Origin: an uncultured Thermoplasmata archaeon | GTDB taxonomy: Archaea > Thermoplasmatota > Thermoplasmata > UBA10834 | DNA: 64,000 nucleotides | Direction: 5' to 3' | NCBI GenBank assembly: GCA_963719945.1 | Contig: CAVRDX010000001.1 | Coordinates: forward strand, 608,001-672,000 | Shown here: in pieces, positions 49,792-60,592 of the stretch | Layout: each line of letters begins with the position of its first letter | How positions within the stretch are numbered: the first letter of the stretch is position 1 | Made by a program: the position numbers and the translations under genes | The notes under the pieces: model-generated | Database searches by the model: none | Seen by the model: the letters and a program-made list of their open reading frames with translations, nothing else | What the model was told of the DNA's origin: nothing

Positions 49792-49832
49792 AGCCGTTCT
49801 TTTGAGCGGCTAAACTCCATTTTACTATTTTC
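49792..49832 (+). terminator. Hairpin plus T-rich tract after trpB2
   Basis: AGCCGTTC-TTTT-GAGCGGCT then TTTTTACTATTTTT. Confidence 0.65.
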
Positions 49833-49865
49833 AATCAAAATTGATGAGATGCCTAGATTTCCACA

Positions 49866-50351
49866 CTAAGCAAAATAGGAATCCTGATCGCGACGCAAGT
49901 TCCTATACACTGATTTGTACTCCGGCCGCTGTAACATGTTCTTGACGCTCTGGTCCAGCTCCGCTTTCAATTCATCCTGCTTGGACCCATAATACTCATG
50001 ACGGAAGACATCGGTTATGTCGGAGGAGTACTGCTGCATGCCAAACATGATCACTGCCGAGGCATTCTGCGCCCTTGATATGACATTGAGAGGCACTGGT
50101 GCTCCTCCCTTGATCATATCGACCATGTCAGGGGACGGCCCTCCGACCTCGCGCGCGATCGCGACCGTATCCTTGGAGGAGATCTCCTTGGACTTTATCT
50201 GGAAGACCTTCTGATCAGTCATGATGAAAGTGTCGTAATTTGATGATACGTGGTCCCGGCCGCTGAGCGCACGCCACTCATTCTTGCGTTCGCTCTCGTC
50301 ATATTTCGCCTTCAGATAACGCATGAACTCATCTATGCCCTGGACATCCAT
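49866..50351 (-). CDS. Hypothetical protein downstream of purC
   Basis: SD GAGGTG before ATG 50351; protein-like composition, no known motif. Confidence 0.7.
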   Translation of the reverse strand: MDVQGIDEFMRYLKAKYDESERKNEWRALSGRDHVSSNYDTFIMTDQKVFQIKSKEISSKDTVAIAREVGGPSPDMVDMIKGGAPVPLNVISRAQNASAVIMFGMQQYSSDITDVFRHEYYGSKQDELKAELDQSVKNMLQRPEYKSVYRNLRRDQDSYFA

Positions 50352-50410
50352 CTCATAACACCTCGGATTGCCAGACAACCGATAAGTCGCCGGTCCCATA
50401 CATGCGACCA

Positions 50411-51322
50411 CTACCTGTAGCTCTCGCCGGTGATCCTCTCGAACATATCGATGTAAAGTTCGGATATCGACTTTATCTTCTCTGCGGGCAACGAAGGCAT
50501 CTTCGGCTCCGGCTTTCCATGTTTCCTCGCATCGGTGAGCTTCGAATAATACCCTTTCTCGCGATAGTATTGACGAACGTTCTCCTTGCTGAGTTCGACG
50601 AACTCACCCTTGGAGTAATCGCTCCAATCCCACCAGCGGTCCTCATCAGCGGTGCCAAATGAATCTATTATCATGAGTTCGCGATTCTCATCGAATGCGT
50701 ACTCCTTCTTGCCATCCACATGAATGAGGTCTCTCTTCTCGACCTCTTCAGCGATCCTCTCGTCCAACTGCAAGGCAGATTCGACGATCCGTGCATATTC
50801 TCCTGTAGAAATGCTCGCGATCTTCATCGCCTCAGTCTTCGTGAGCAGTCTATCGACCTTCTCGAGCTTGGTGGTGACTTCAACATATGGTTCTGGCAGC
50901 TTGTCGCCGTACTTGATCTCCTTGCTGCCTTTGAATCCGAGCTTGCTAGGCTTGATCTCGCCGCTGCGGATCCTGTCCCACATGGATCCTGCCACGTAGT
51001 ATCTGCAGATCACCTCGAGCGGTATCAGACAGTTGTTCGTCTTCCTGGTAAGCTTAGATGATTGAATGACCTGGACCTGCTTGACACGCATCCTGTTGGG
51101 CGGTATGAACTCCTTGAAATGAGTCTTGATCCCGCAAGAACGCGCCACCTGGAACCAGAAAGCGCTGGTCCTGCAGAGTGTCTCACCCTTCTGAGGTATA
51201 AGGGATGGAATGATCTTATCGAACACGCTGATCTTGTCTGAGAATACGAATTCGAGCGTATGCGCATCGACTTCGTAGACATCCTTCACCTTTCCTTGAC
51301 GTATCAGCTTCATGTTGGCCAA
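50411..51322 (-). CDS. purC: SAICAR synthetase
   Basis: QGKVKDVYE, SDKISVFD, KGE, PLEVICR, DGKKE, DEDRWW, LSKENVR. Confidence 0.93.
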   Translation of the reverse strand: MANMKLIRQGKVKDVYEVDAHTLEFVFSDKISVFDKIIPSLIPQKGETLCRTSAFWFQVARSCGIKTHFKEFIPPNRMRVKQVQVIQSSKLTRKTNNCLIPLEVICRYYVAGSMWDRIRSGEIKPSKLGFKGSKEIKYGDKLPEPYVEVTTKLEKVDRLLTKTEAMKIASISTGEYARIVESALQLDERIAEEVEKRDLIHVDGKKEYAFDENRELMIIDSFGTADEDRWWDWSDYSKGEFVELSKENVRQYYREKGYYSKLTDARKHGKPEPKMPSLPAEKIKSISELYIDMFERITGESYR

Positions 51323-51739
51323 GTGCGTTGTAGGGAATAGTTGTTTTTAATGCTTGTGGTACCACATTGCGGTACTGACGTCGACCATTCTATTGATTAG
51401 AGGGGTATCGATCACCAAATGGGTAATTGAACGACCGAGACCACAAGCAATTAGGAAACGCCATCTGGCATCGAGAATTCTCACGACCATCGGAACCCAG
51501 AGATGAATCCCCTCAAATCTTTGAGAGCAGAATAACCGAGATACCTTCGTTTGGACATAGTGCTGAACAGAGAATCAATCACACATCGCACTCTTCGCTC
51601 AACGACTATGGTCGACCGCTGCGTATGAAACCGTCCTCGTCCGAAAGAAGAAGGCATGGCGACCGAATCTCAATCAGACTGTATTTTGAAAAACATTAAG
51701 GGTCAATGAACCGTTGTGTACGTTGACGAGGCAATTAGA

Positions 51740-52957
51740 ATGGCTGCTGATTTCTCACACCACTTTTCCGAACGAGCCGGACAGATGAAGGCATCCGATG
51801 TGAGGGAACTCCTGAAACTACTCCAGATGCCAGACATGATCTCATTCGCGGGGGGTCTCCCTAGCGCTGAGACGTTCCCCGTGGAGATCATCATGGATAT
51901 CGTCAACGACGTCCTGAAGAGGAACGGGGACCAGATACTGCAGTATGGAATAACCGAAGGATACGCACCCTTGAGGGAATCCATCGCCAGTAGGATGGTC
52001 TCAAAGGGGATGGATGTGACCACGGACAATATCCTGGTCGTCAGCGGATCCCAGCAGGTGATCGATCTGACCGGCAAGGTGTTCATCAATCCCAAGGATA
52101 CTATCGTCGTCTCTGCACCGACCTACCTCGCAGCACTTACGGGGTTCAACACATACCAGGCATCTTACGAAGCGATACCGATTGATGATCATAACATGCG
52201 CATGGATATCTTCGAGGAAAGGATGAAGAAGCTGGCGGGAGAGGGCAATCACCCGAAACTGGTCTATGCCCTCCCGAACTTCCAGAATCCGTCAGGAGTC
52301 ACAATGCCCATGAAGAGCAGGAAAAGGCTCGTCGATATGGCTTCTGAATACGATTTCGTGATATTGGAGGACGACCCATATGGCGAGTTGAGGTACGTCG
52401 GAGACCATCTCCCGGCTCTGAAGACTTTTGACGATGAAGGCAGAGTCATATTCATGAGCACTTTTTCAAAAGTCCTGGCCCCTGGGCTAAGAATCGGGTG
52501 GGTCGTCGCTGACCCGAGCATACTCAAGAAACTGATCATAGCCAAGCAGTCGACGGATGTGTGCACGAGTGTTCTTGGACAAGCCATCGCACACGAGTAC
52601 ATGGCCCGAAAACTCATGGATAGACAGATCGAACAGATCAAGAAGGTCTACGGGGAGAAGCTGCGAATCATGCTTGACGCCATGCACGAGTTCGTGCCCG
52701 ACAGCATCAGGTGGACGAAACCTGAAGGCGGCATGTTCCTGTGGGCCACACTTCCAGACGGCATGCAATCACCGGACCTCCTGGAAAAAGCCCTGAAAAG
52801 AAAGGTCGCGTTCGTTTCCGGGAAGGCGTTCTTCCCGAACCCAAGTGACGGATTCAGCACAATGAGGTTGAACTTCACGTTCCCGTCGAACGAACAGATA
52901 ACCGAAGGAATACGACGGCTGGGCGAAGTCATGCACGACGAGCTTGGTCATCGATGA
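51740..52957 (+). CDS. PLP-dependent class I aminotransferase (LysN/ARO8-like)
   Basis: ISFAGGLP, LQYG, PNFQNPSG, EDDPYGEL, STFSKVLAPGLRIGW, PEGGMFLW. Confidence 0.92.
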   Translation: MAADFSHHFSERAGQMKASDVRELLKLLQMPDMISFAGGLPSAETFPVEIIMDIVNDVLKRNGDQILQYGITEGYAPLRESIASRMVSKGMDVTTDNILVVSGSQQVIDLTGKVFINPKDTIVVSAPTYLAALTGFNTYQASYEAIPIDDHNMRMDIFEERMKKLAGEGNHPKLVYALPNFQNPSGVTMPMKSRKRLVDMASEYDFVILEDDPYGELRYVGDHLPALKTFDDEGRVIFMSTFSKVLAPGLRIGWVVADPSILKKLIIAKQSTDVCTSVLGQAIAHEYMARKLMDRQIEQIKKVYGEKLRIMLDAMHEFVPDSIRWTKPEGGMFLWATLPDGMQSPDLLEKALKRKVAFVSGKAFFPNPSDGFSTMRLNFTFPSNEQITEGIRRLGEVMHDELGHR

Positions 52958-52964
52958 TCGTGAC

Positions 52965-53666
52965 CTAGAATACGTCTGCTCCGGCGTGCACGGTTATGCC
53001 CTTGTCGGATATCGAATAAGGCTTCACACGTCTGGAATGGCTCGTTCGACGCATCTTGAGCACCCTGATCGTGAGCTGCACCTCTCCGCCGTCTCTGTTC
53101 TCGTCCGATTGCAGCAGGACCACGCCGTCCGCGGTGTACTCCGCGAGACCATCCCTCGATGAGCGAGGATTATCGTCCCGAACCTCAGCGGTCAAGAGAG
53201 CAGTCGCACCTGTGCTCCTGAGGAGCTGGCAGAGATTGAAGAGGTTGGAGCGACGCTCTGTATCGTCTGTGAACATCATGTTGAGCAGTGAGACGGAATC
53301 TATCACGACTCTCTTCGCACCGAAAGTCTTGATGAACTTTGGGAGGTCGCTCTTTATCCGCGTGACCGTTGTCTTGGCATCCGAGGGCTCGAGTTTGAAC
53401 AGGCCCAACTTCTTCGTCTCGATGGCTTTCTCGAGGTCCCAGCCATATGAAGCCGCGTTCTTCGTGATGGATTCTTTGTCCTCCTCGAGTGATATGAACA
53501 TGCATGACTCACCGTTCTTGAGTCCCTCGATCAGGTACTGCAGACCGAATGTGGTCTTGCCGGTCCCGAAGGAACCCATGATTACGACTATGTGATTCTC
53601 TGGGAAGCCGCCCTGCAACATCTCATCGAGCCCATTTACACCAGTCTTCACCCTATTATCAGACAT
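52965..53666 (-). CDS. KaiC-like single-domain ATPase
   Basis: TGVNGLDEML, GSFGTGKT, FISLEE, VVIDS, LKMRRT. Confidence 0.92.
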   Translation of the reverse strand: MSDNRVKTGVNGLDEMLQGGFPENHIVVIMGSFGTGKTTFGLQYLIEGLKNGESCMFISLEEDKESITKNAASYGWDLEKAIETKKLGLFKLEPSDAKTTVTRIKSDLPKFIKTFGAKRVVIDSVSLLNMMFTDDTERRSNLFNLCQLLRSTGATALLTAEVRDDNPRSSRDGLAEYTADGVVLLQSDENRDGGEVQLTIRVLKMRRTSHSRRVKPYSISDKGITVHAGADVF

Positions 53667-53671
53667 CTGGA

Positions 53672-54517
53672 TCACCCGACTCGTTCAGTATTTATCACGA
53701 CGAAGCCACTCTGCGAAGTTATGATCGTGGCAAACCTCGCAATCCTCTCCTGGTCCAGGTGGGCCAGCACACTCGTGAATTTCTCCACATACAAGTATCT
53801 CTGTCGTTTGGATGTATGATGGTACTTCGCCCATTCGAACTTGAGTACACCATCGACACTGTCGATCACTATCTGCTGGCGCCGTTTGTCGAGTATCTCA
53901 TCTGTTAGGATGATATAGAACACGGCCTCCCACTTCTTCGCCATCCTCTGTATCCCCTTCAGCAAAGACACAACATCCTCGAACTTGATCGCTTCCGAAA
54001 CAATCAGGTCTGTCAAGGAATCGATGATGACGAGGCTGTTGGGAGCGTTGGAATCCAGGAAGTTGACCAACGATTCCAGTACATTGTCGACCTTCACCTC
54101 GGAGAATAGATCCCCGTCCTCGGAGCCAGTCCATGACGTGGGAACGACTGTCCTCATGAAATAGCCCTTTGAGAAATCCTTGAACGTCAGACCAGATGAC
54201 AGAGATTCGAAGAAATCACGGTTGAATGATAGTTTGACCTCTCGCAGGATGTCATCCTTGGATCGAGAGAATGTTATGTAATTCAACTTCTCTGGAAGTA
54301 TCCCCGCCTTTCCAGCGTGTCCAAGCATGAACGACCGCGTCTCTGGAAACTCCTTCACAATCCCGATCTTTGCAGCGGATGTGAGCGCGAATTCATGACC
54401 GCCACCGCCGACATCGCCCAGCAACAGTACAACTGAGCCTGCCGGAAGACCTCCGCCGATTATCGAGTCGAAATCAGCAACACCCGTGGGTATTCTCTGT
54501 ACATCCCCTTCTGACAT
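53672..54517 (-). CDS. KaiC/RAD55-like protein with inactivated Walker A
   Basis: RIPTGVADFD..GGLP; P-loop GDVGGGGHEF (no GKT); IIDSL; VEKF. Confidence 0.85.
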   Translation of the reverse strand: MSEGDVQRIPTGVADFDSIIGGGLPAGSVVLLLGDVGGGGHEFALTSAAKIGIVKEFPETRSFMLGHAGKAGILPEKLNYITFSRSKDDILREVKLSFNRDFFESLSSGLTFKDFSKGYFMRTVVPTSWTGSEDGDLFSEVKVDNVLESLVNFLDSNAPNSLVIIDSLTDLIVSEAIKFEDVVSLLKGIQRMAKKWEAVFYIILTDEILDKRRQQIVIDSVDGVLKFEWAKYHHTSKRQRYLYVEKFTSVLAHLDQERIARFATIITSQSGFVVINTERVG

Positions 54518-54624
54518 GAGAACGAAACATCGCATGCATGTTTGCGATAATGAAGCTTTTGGAGATGTCGACATATGCCAGCAGACACTAGAGCCATACA
54601 CTCTACCGTGCGTGTACATGCGGT

Positions 54625-55098
54625 CTAGTGATGCACGCGCACGAAGTCGAGGACCATCCGGAGAGCGGCCTCTGCGGATTGAATCCGTACAGCCTCGCGG
54701 TCTCCGCTGAATAAGTTGCGAGTGGACACCGAGGCCTTGTCCGAGCACACGCATATGAAAACCAGGCCCACAGGCTTAGTTTGCGTCCCGCCTGTCGGAC
54801 CAGCGATCCCAGTCGTCGATACGGCCACATCCGAAGAGAATCGCTTCATGCAACCTAGAGCCATCTGTACGGCGACCTCATCGCTGACAGCACCCTTCAA
54901 TGAGATTGATTCTGGATCGACAGACAGGATGCTAGCCTTCGCATCGTTGCTGTATGATATGACGCCACCGAGATAGTAATCGCTGCTTCCAGGCACGGCG
55001 GTTATCATATCTCCAATCTTACCACCAGTGCACGATTCTGCGGTGGACAATGTGAGCCCCTTTGATCTGAACACCTGGCCAAGGTCATCAGCGAGCAT
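54625..55098 (-). CDS. pncC: CinA C-terminal / PncC NMN deamidase
   Basis: STAESCTGG, PGSSDYY, GAVS, STTGIAGP, KPVGLV, GDR. Confidence 0.88.
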   Translation of the reverse strand: MLADDLGQVFRSKGLTLSTAESCTGGKIGDMITAVPGSSDYYLGGVISYSNDAKASILSVDPESISLKGAVSDEVAVQMALGCMKRFSSDVAVSTTGIAGPTGGTQTKPVGLVFICVCSDKASVSTRNLFSGDREAVRIQSAEAALRMVLDFVRVHH

Positions 55099-55627
55099 CC
55101 CCACCGCCTCGGGACCTCTTGCGCGTGTACATTCCAGCATCCAGCAACCTCTGGCGACCATCGAGGCCATCTATCATCTGCGCCACTGGCGAGGGGACCA
55201 GATGGTTCCATTTCTCCCCTGTGGCGATCCTTCGACGTATCTCCGTTCCAGAATAGTTCTTCGAGTTGTAACTCTTGGTCTTTCTCGACTCATACCCCGC
55301 AGCCGAGAACAGAGATCGTGTGAGTTCGCTGTTGGAGAACACAAGGTCGAACGGAGGAACATACGATTCCACATGATTGACCCATGCAGCATACCTGTTC
55401 ACATCTCGAATGGGTATTATATGTATACGGGAACGTTCTTCGTCGCTGAAGGAGGATATCAGCATCTGATACCTTTCTCCAGCAGTGAACGGATTCTCAG
55501 ATGTGTGTGACAATTCCGCGCTGCCGATGACAACAATGAGGTCATCACACTTGGTCAACGCTTCGCGAATCGCTGCCTGGTGGCCCTTATGAAACGGCTG
55601 AAATCGCCCTATCACAAGCCCCCGCAC
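55088..55627 (-). CDS. nadM: NMN adenylyltransferase
   Basis: GRFQPFHKGH, NPFTAGER, SGTEIRRR. Confidence 0.93.
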   Translation of the reverse strand: MRGLVIGRFQPFHKGHQAAIREALTKCDDLIVVIGSAELSHTSENPFTAGERYQMLISSFSDEERSRIHIIPIRDVNRYAAWVNHVESYVPPFDLVFSNSELTRSLFSAAGYESRKTKSYNSKNYSGTEIRRRIATGEKWNHLVPSPVAQMIDGLDGRQRLLDAGMYTRKRSRGGGDAR

Positions 55628-55642
55628 GATAAAGAACCTCCA

Positions 55643-57622
55643 TCAATTGACCACGGGCCGATCCGAAACGGCAACTGGGGCAGCTTTCGGACCGTGCTTT
55701 CCCGCAACCAGCAATGCTAGTTTCTTCAGAAGGCCCTCTTTCCTGGCGCCGACCAACGCGTGAACCAATACATCGTTCAGGACGCGTACTGGTATGACCT
55801 CGATCTTGTCGATGTATTTGTCTTCGAGCAGCACATCCCTCATGTTCTGCTCTGGTATCAGGACCTTCTTCAGGCCCATCTCGGCTGCCGCCTCTATCTT
55901 CGCAGTGACTCCACCGACGGGAAGGACCTGACCTCTTACGCTCAGGCTTCCAGTCATAGCCACGGTCTGGTCGACTTCTATCTCCTCGAACGCGGATATC
56001 ACTGCGGTAGCTACGGCTATCGACGCGCTATCGCCCTCTATGCCATCATATGTGCCTATGAACTGGACATGAATGTCGTGGTTGCTGATGTCTTCACCAG
56101 TGTACTTCTTGATGAGTGCGGACACATTCTGAACCGATTCCCGAGCTATCTCGCCGAGCTTTCCAGTCGCTATGATCTTGCCACCCTCCCTGTTCTGGGG
56201 TGGCGTCACCTCGGCCACGATCGGAGTGACTATACCAGAATACTCAGCCAAAGAGGAATCCGAGTTCAATACAGCCAATCCATTGACTATCCCGATCGCC
56301 GACCCCTCTGTAAGTGATGTCTTGTAATCCTTTCTGCGTTCGACGGCCCTGTCAGTAACCTGTTGCTCCAACGAGCGCGCGATGTTCTTCGCCTCGGCCA
56401 CGTGGTGTGCCTCGACCACGCGGTCCCCGCGTTCAATCGCGATGTCACCTGCAACTCTCACAAGGCCCCCGAGTTCCCTCAGCCTCAATGTCAGCATGCC
56501 CCTTCTACCTGCACGCCTCTGCGCCTCACGTATGATTTCCGCGACAGCCCCTTTGCTGAAGTGAGGTATCTTCTTATCCTTAGTGACTTCCTGTGCAACG
56601 AACCTGATGAGATTATCGCGATTCGCTTCAGTATCGGACATTGTGCTGCGCATGTAAATCTCATAGCCATAGCCGCGTATCCTCGATCGGAGGGCGGGAT
56701 GCATTCCGGACACGGCATCGAGGTTTCCCGCTGCCACCAGAATGAAATCACAAGGAGCAGGCTCGCTCTTGACCATCGCGCCTGAGCTCCTCTCACTCTG
56801 TCCGAGTATGCTGAATTCGCCCTCCTGCAGGGCGGTCAGAAGGCTCTGCTGACTCTCTATCCGCAACAGGTTTATCTCGTCGATGAACAGGACACCTTTG
56901 CTTGCCTTGTGGATAGCGCCCGGTTCGAGCCTTTCGTGCGCAGGGGTCTCGAGCCCGCCACTCTGGAACGGATCGTGTTTCACATCTCCGAGAAGCGAAC
57001 CCGCATGTGCGCCCGTCGCATCTATGAACGGTGGCGGCTCATCCGGTCGATGAGATATGAGAAGTTTGGGAATCATCAGCATTTCCTTGCGCTGACCAGT
57101 GTACCTGAATATCATGAAGAGCAGGAATGCGCCGATTATACCGATCAAGAAGAGCGTGGCGTCCCCGGTTATGAACCACATTATCACAGACATCGCCACG
57201 AACATGAACATCAAACCGAATATCCATGAATTCTTCTGTGCCTTCTTCTGCTCCGCCTCCAGTTTCTGCGCCTGGACAATCTCTCTGCCCTTCCCTGCGG
57301 GAACCAGTCGTATCTTCGGTTCATTAGGGTCATCAGGGTTGTGATACCCTATGACATCCTGCAGTTCCCCCTTGGGAAGGAAATCGACCATCGAACGCGC
57401 GAGCATGGATTTGCCCGTGCCAGGATCGCCGATCAGGATAACATGCCGCTTCTGCTCTGCGGCCTTCCGGATTATCTTCACCGCATCCTCTTGACCGAGC
57501 ACTTGATCTACGAGCTTCGGAGGTATCGCTATATCGGCTGTGGTCTCGAAGGTCTGAGACTTGACCCAATCTTCAATGTCAGGGAGGCCCAGTTCTGAGG
57601 CCTTAGAATTTCGGTCTGCCAT
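55643..57622 (-). CDS. lonB: Membrane-anchored ATP-dependent protease LonB
   Basis: GDPGTGKS, two TM insert, LFIDEI, EGDSAS (catalytic Ser), [10 protein letters not shown] (Lys). Confidence 0.96.
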   Translation of the reverse strand: MADRNSKASELGLPDIEDWVKSQTFETTADIAIPPKLVDQVLGQEDAVKIIRKAAEQKRHVILIGDPGTGKSMLARSMVDFLPKGELQDVIGYHNPDDPNEPKIRLVPAGKGREIVQAQKLEAEQKKAQKNSWIFGLMFMFVAMSVIMWFITGDATLFLIGIIGAFLLFMIFRYTGQRKEMLMIPKLLISHRPDEPPPFIDATGAHAGSLLGDVKHDPFQSGGLETPAHERLEPGAIHKASKGVLFIDEINLLRIESQQSLLTALQEGEFSILGQSERSSGAMVKSEPAPCDFILVAAGNLDAVSGMHPALRSRIRGYGYEIYMRSTMSDTEANRDNLIRFVAQEVTKDKKIPHFSKGAVAEIIREAQRRAGRRGMLTLRLRELGGLVRVAGDIAIERGDRVVEAHHVAEAKNIARSLEQQVTDRAVERRKDYKTSLTEGSAIGIVNGLAVLNSDSSLAEYSGIVTPIVAEVTPPQNREGGKIIATGKLGEIARESVQNVSALIKKYTGEDISNHDIHVQFIGTYDGIEGDSASIAVATAVISAFEEIEVDQTVAMTGSLSVRGQVLPVGGVTAKIEAAAEMGLKKVLIPEQNMRDVLLEDKYIDKIEVIPVRVLNDVLVHALVGARKEGLLKKLALLVAGKHGPKAAPVAVSDRPVVN

Positions 57623-57824
57623 CGGCTGCACCAGTATCAGTCAAAGCTATTAAGTCGGTGCTAAATAAGCGTTGCGCCGTGAGTCCTGATGTTGTTGCGC
57701 AAGCCAGTACATTGGAACCATTCATCGCACCGAAGACTGCATGCACTTGCGATAGGGCATGCCATAAGTATATAAAACCTGGAATCAAGAAGGTCCGGAC
57801 CTACGACCTGGAAGGCAACATAGA

Positions 57825-59999
57825 ATGATGATAGAAGAATTGGGCTTGGACCCGAGGATAACTAAGAAACTCCATGAACAAGGGATCACAGAGCTGTATC
57901 CGCCGCAAGAAGAGGCCATAGGCCCAGCGCTCAATGGAGACAACCTGGTACTTGCCGTGCCGACAGCGTCTGGAAAGAGCCTCATAGCGTACCTTGCCAT
58001 GCTGCAGGCCGTTCTGAAAGGAGGCAAGGCCTTGTACATAGTGCCACTCAAGGCGCTTGCGTCCGAGAAGTACGAAGACCTGGCTAAGTTCTCTGACCTT
58101 GGAATAACCGTTGCAGAATCCACAGGGGATTACGATGAGGTCGACCCCAAGCTCCAGAGATATGACATTGTGGTCGCCACCTCTGAGAAGGCAGACTCCC
58201 TCCTCAGACACAGGACGAAGTGGATCGACCAGCTGTCAGTGGTCGTGGCAGACGAGGTACATCTCCTGAACGACCCTGAGAGAGGACCTACGATGGAGGT
58301 CATCCTCGCAAAATTCAAGACTTTCAACTCAAGAGCCCAGCTGATTGCACTATCTGCGACCATAAAGAACGCCGATGAACTCTCAGGTTGGCTCGATGCC
58401 AAGCTAGTGACGAGTGACTGGAGACCTGTACCTCTTAGAGAGGGGGTCTATGTCAATGGTGAGGTCTTCTTCACAGACAATTCCAAGAAGAAGCTCGAAG
58501 AGGATGAATCCCCCGTCAAGGAGATAGTCAAGGACGCAATCAAAGCCGGAGGACAGTGCATAGTGTTCGTCAACACAAGGAAATCCACTGAGTCGCTCGC
58601 CCTCGAACTGGGCAAGCTGACCAAATCATTGCGGCCACAGGCCGCGAACGAACTCACACGGATCTCTAAGAGGGTTGTGGGAGAACAGGATGAGCCCACG
58701 ACGATGGGAGCCAAGCTGGGAAAGTGTATACGTAATGGATGTTCGTTCCATCATGCAGGGCTGACTTCGTCCCAGAGGCGGATTGTCGAATCCGCATTCA
58801 GGGAAGGTCACCTTGGGTGCATAGTCGCCACTCCGACACTCGCTGCAGGCATCAACCTGCCCGCGAGGACTGTAATCGTAAGGGACCTTCGTAGGTTCGA
58901 TGCCAATGTCGGATATGCCTCGCTTCCGGTGCTCGAGGTCAAACAGATGTGCGGAAGGGCTGGGCGGCCCAGGTTCGACCCATACGGAGAGGCCATCCTA
59001 ATCGCAAGGGACGAAGAAGAACGATACTTGCTCATGGACAATTACCTCCTGGGCGAGAGCGAGAGCATTTTCTCCAAGCTCGGGACTGAGCCCGCCATGC
59101 GATCACATCTACTTGCGCTCATCGCGACCAGTGATGTGAGGACGCTCGAGGAGTTGGAATCGTTCTTCAGCAAAACATTCCTCTCGCACCAGATGGATAC
59201 GCCGTACTTGGCCGAGACCATAGAACGAATCCTCGAATTCTTGAAGGAGGAGGATATGGTCGTTGATGAGGACGGGATCCTCAGAGCGACCCAGTTCGGG
59301 AAGAGGGTCAGCGACCTCTATATCGACCCGAAGTCGGCGATCATAATGCGGGACGCGCTAGAGAAGTACAAAGGGGGACCGACCTTCGGACTCCTGCATG
59401 CCATATGCTCCGTGCCAGATATGCCACTCCTGTACCTCAGGAAATCCGATTATGAATGGACTGAGGAGTTCCTAAACGAGGTGCAAGACCAGCTGATACT
59501 TGAACCACCCACTGACCTCACCCAGTACGAGGGTTTCCTATCGGAGCTGAAGACCGCCAAACTCATCCTCGACTGGTCATCCGAGGTCCATGAGAACGAG
59601 ATAGCGGACAAGTTCGGGATCGGACCCGGGGACATAAGGAACAAGGCCGAGATGGCGGAATGGCTCGCTCACTCGATGAGGAGATTATCAGAGCTGTTCA
59701 ACAAGGACGCTCGCGCAGAATGTGAGGAAATAGTCGTGAGGATCAAGTACGGTATCCTCCCTGAACTGCTGGACCTCGTCCGCCTCAGAGGTCTGGGGCG
59801 AGTTCGCGCCCGCGCACTCTATGCGCGTGGCATCGGATCCATCGAGGACCTCAGGAATACGAGCTACGACAGACTTAAGCAGATACCGACGATTGGGGAA
59901 GCTGTCGCGAGGGCGATAAAGGACCAACTGGGGCAGACTGACCCAACAATGCCCGCACTGACTGAGGACGGACAGCGCTCACTCGTGGACTTCAGATAG
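57825..59999 (+). CDS. hel308: Hel308/Hjm Ski2-like DNA helicase
   Basis: PTASGKS, DEVH, LSAT, HHAGL, TPTLAAGINLPA, QMCGRAGRP, C-terminal HhH. Confidence 0.95.
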   Translation: MMIEELGLDPRITKKLHEQGITELYPPQEEAIGPALNGDNLVLAVPTASGKSLIAYLAMLQAVLKGGKALYIVPLKALASEKYEDLAKFSDLGITVAESTGDYDEVDPKLQRYDIVVATSEKADSLLRHRTKWIDQLSVVVADEVHLLNDPERGPTMEVILAKFKTFNSRAQLIALSATIKNADELSGWLDAKLVTSDWRPVPLREGVYVNGEVFFTDNSKKKLEEDESPVKEIVKDAIKAGGQCIVFVNTRKSTESLALELGKLTKSLRPQAANELTRISKRVVGEQDEPTTMGAKLGKCIRNGCSFHHAGLTSSQRRIVESAFREGHLGCIVATPTLAAGINLPARTVIVRDLRRFDANVGYASLPVLEVKQMCGRAGRPRFDPYGEAILIARDEEERYLLMDNYLLGESESIFSKLGTEPAMRSHLLALIATSDVRTLEELESFFSKTFLSHQMDTPYLAETIERILEFLKEEDMVVDEDGILRATQFGKRVSDLYIDPKSAIIMRDALEKYKGGPTFGLLHAICSVPDMPLLYLRKSDYEWTEEFLNEVQDQLILEPPTDLTQYEGFLSELKTAKLILDWSSEVHENEIADKFGIGPGDIRNKAEMAEWLAHSMRRLSELFNKDARAECEEIVVRIKYGILPELLDLVRLRGLGRVRARALYARGIGSIEDLRNTSYDRLKQIPTIGEAVARAIKDQLGQTDPTMPALTEDGQRSLVDFR

Positions 60000-60009
60000 A
60001 TGGACAGGC

Positions 60010-60522
60010 ATGGTGATTATGGGCATGACAATGGAGACCTCCGTTTGGGTCGCCAAGACCGAGCCAGGACGGGCCAAGGAAGACATGAGAAGGATTCTCG
60101 ATAAGGCCAGTTCAATCGGCGCAGAGGTGCTGATTGTGGATGCGGACATGGTCTTCGGAAGTGACCATGTGAGAAGTGCGGCATACCATGCTCGGAAGGC
60201 CATTGATGAGAAAAGAAACTCCGCGGATTCGCTCGCGATGGAGACATTGCTATATGCTTCCGGTCAGAGACAGCTAAGCGGCGCGATAGACAAGATGTCG
60301 GTGACTGGGGATACAGAAAGGATCGTGATTGCCCAGCTCTCCGGACCAGCCATCATCCCCGAAAAGGGTTGGAAGTCTATGGGACCTCTTGACAAGGATG
60401 TCTCGCCGGAAAGACTTCTCAAGTACGGAGTGTCTGATCGGGAGCAGGCGACCATAGGCAGCAGAAACCCATTGGAGATCGTCCTCGAGAAGGTCGCTTC
60501 GGTTGACATTATGAAGAAGTGA
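60010..60522 (+). CDS. cgi121: KEOPS complex subunit Cgi121
   Basis: DADMVFGSDH, SLAMETLLYASGQRQLSGAI, VLEKVA; follows hel308. Confidence 0.85.
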   Translation: MVIMGMTMETSVWVAKTEPGRAKEDMRRILDKASSIGAEVLIVDADMVFGSDHVRSAAYHARKAIDEKRNSADSLAMETLLYASGQRQLSGAIDKMSVTGDTERIVIAQLSGPAIIPEKGWKSMGPLDKDVSPERLLKYGVSDREQATIGSRNPLEIVLEKVASVDIMKK

Positions 60523-60592
60523 AGGCGCCTCAAACGAGCGATGGTGTATTATAAAAGCTACCTAGTCAATTCACATGAACGGTCCGATTGAC

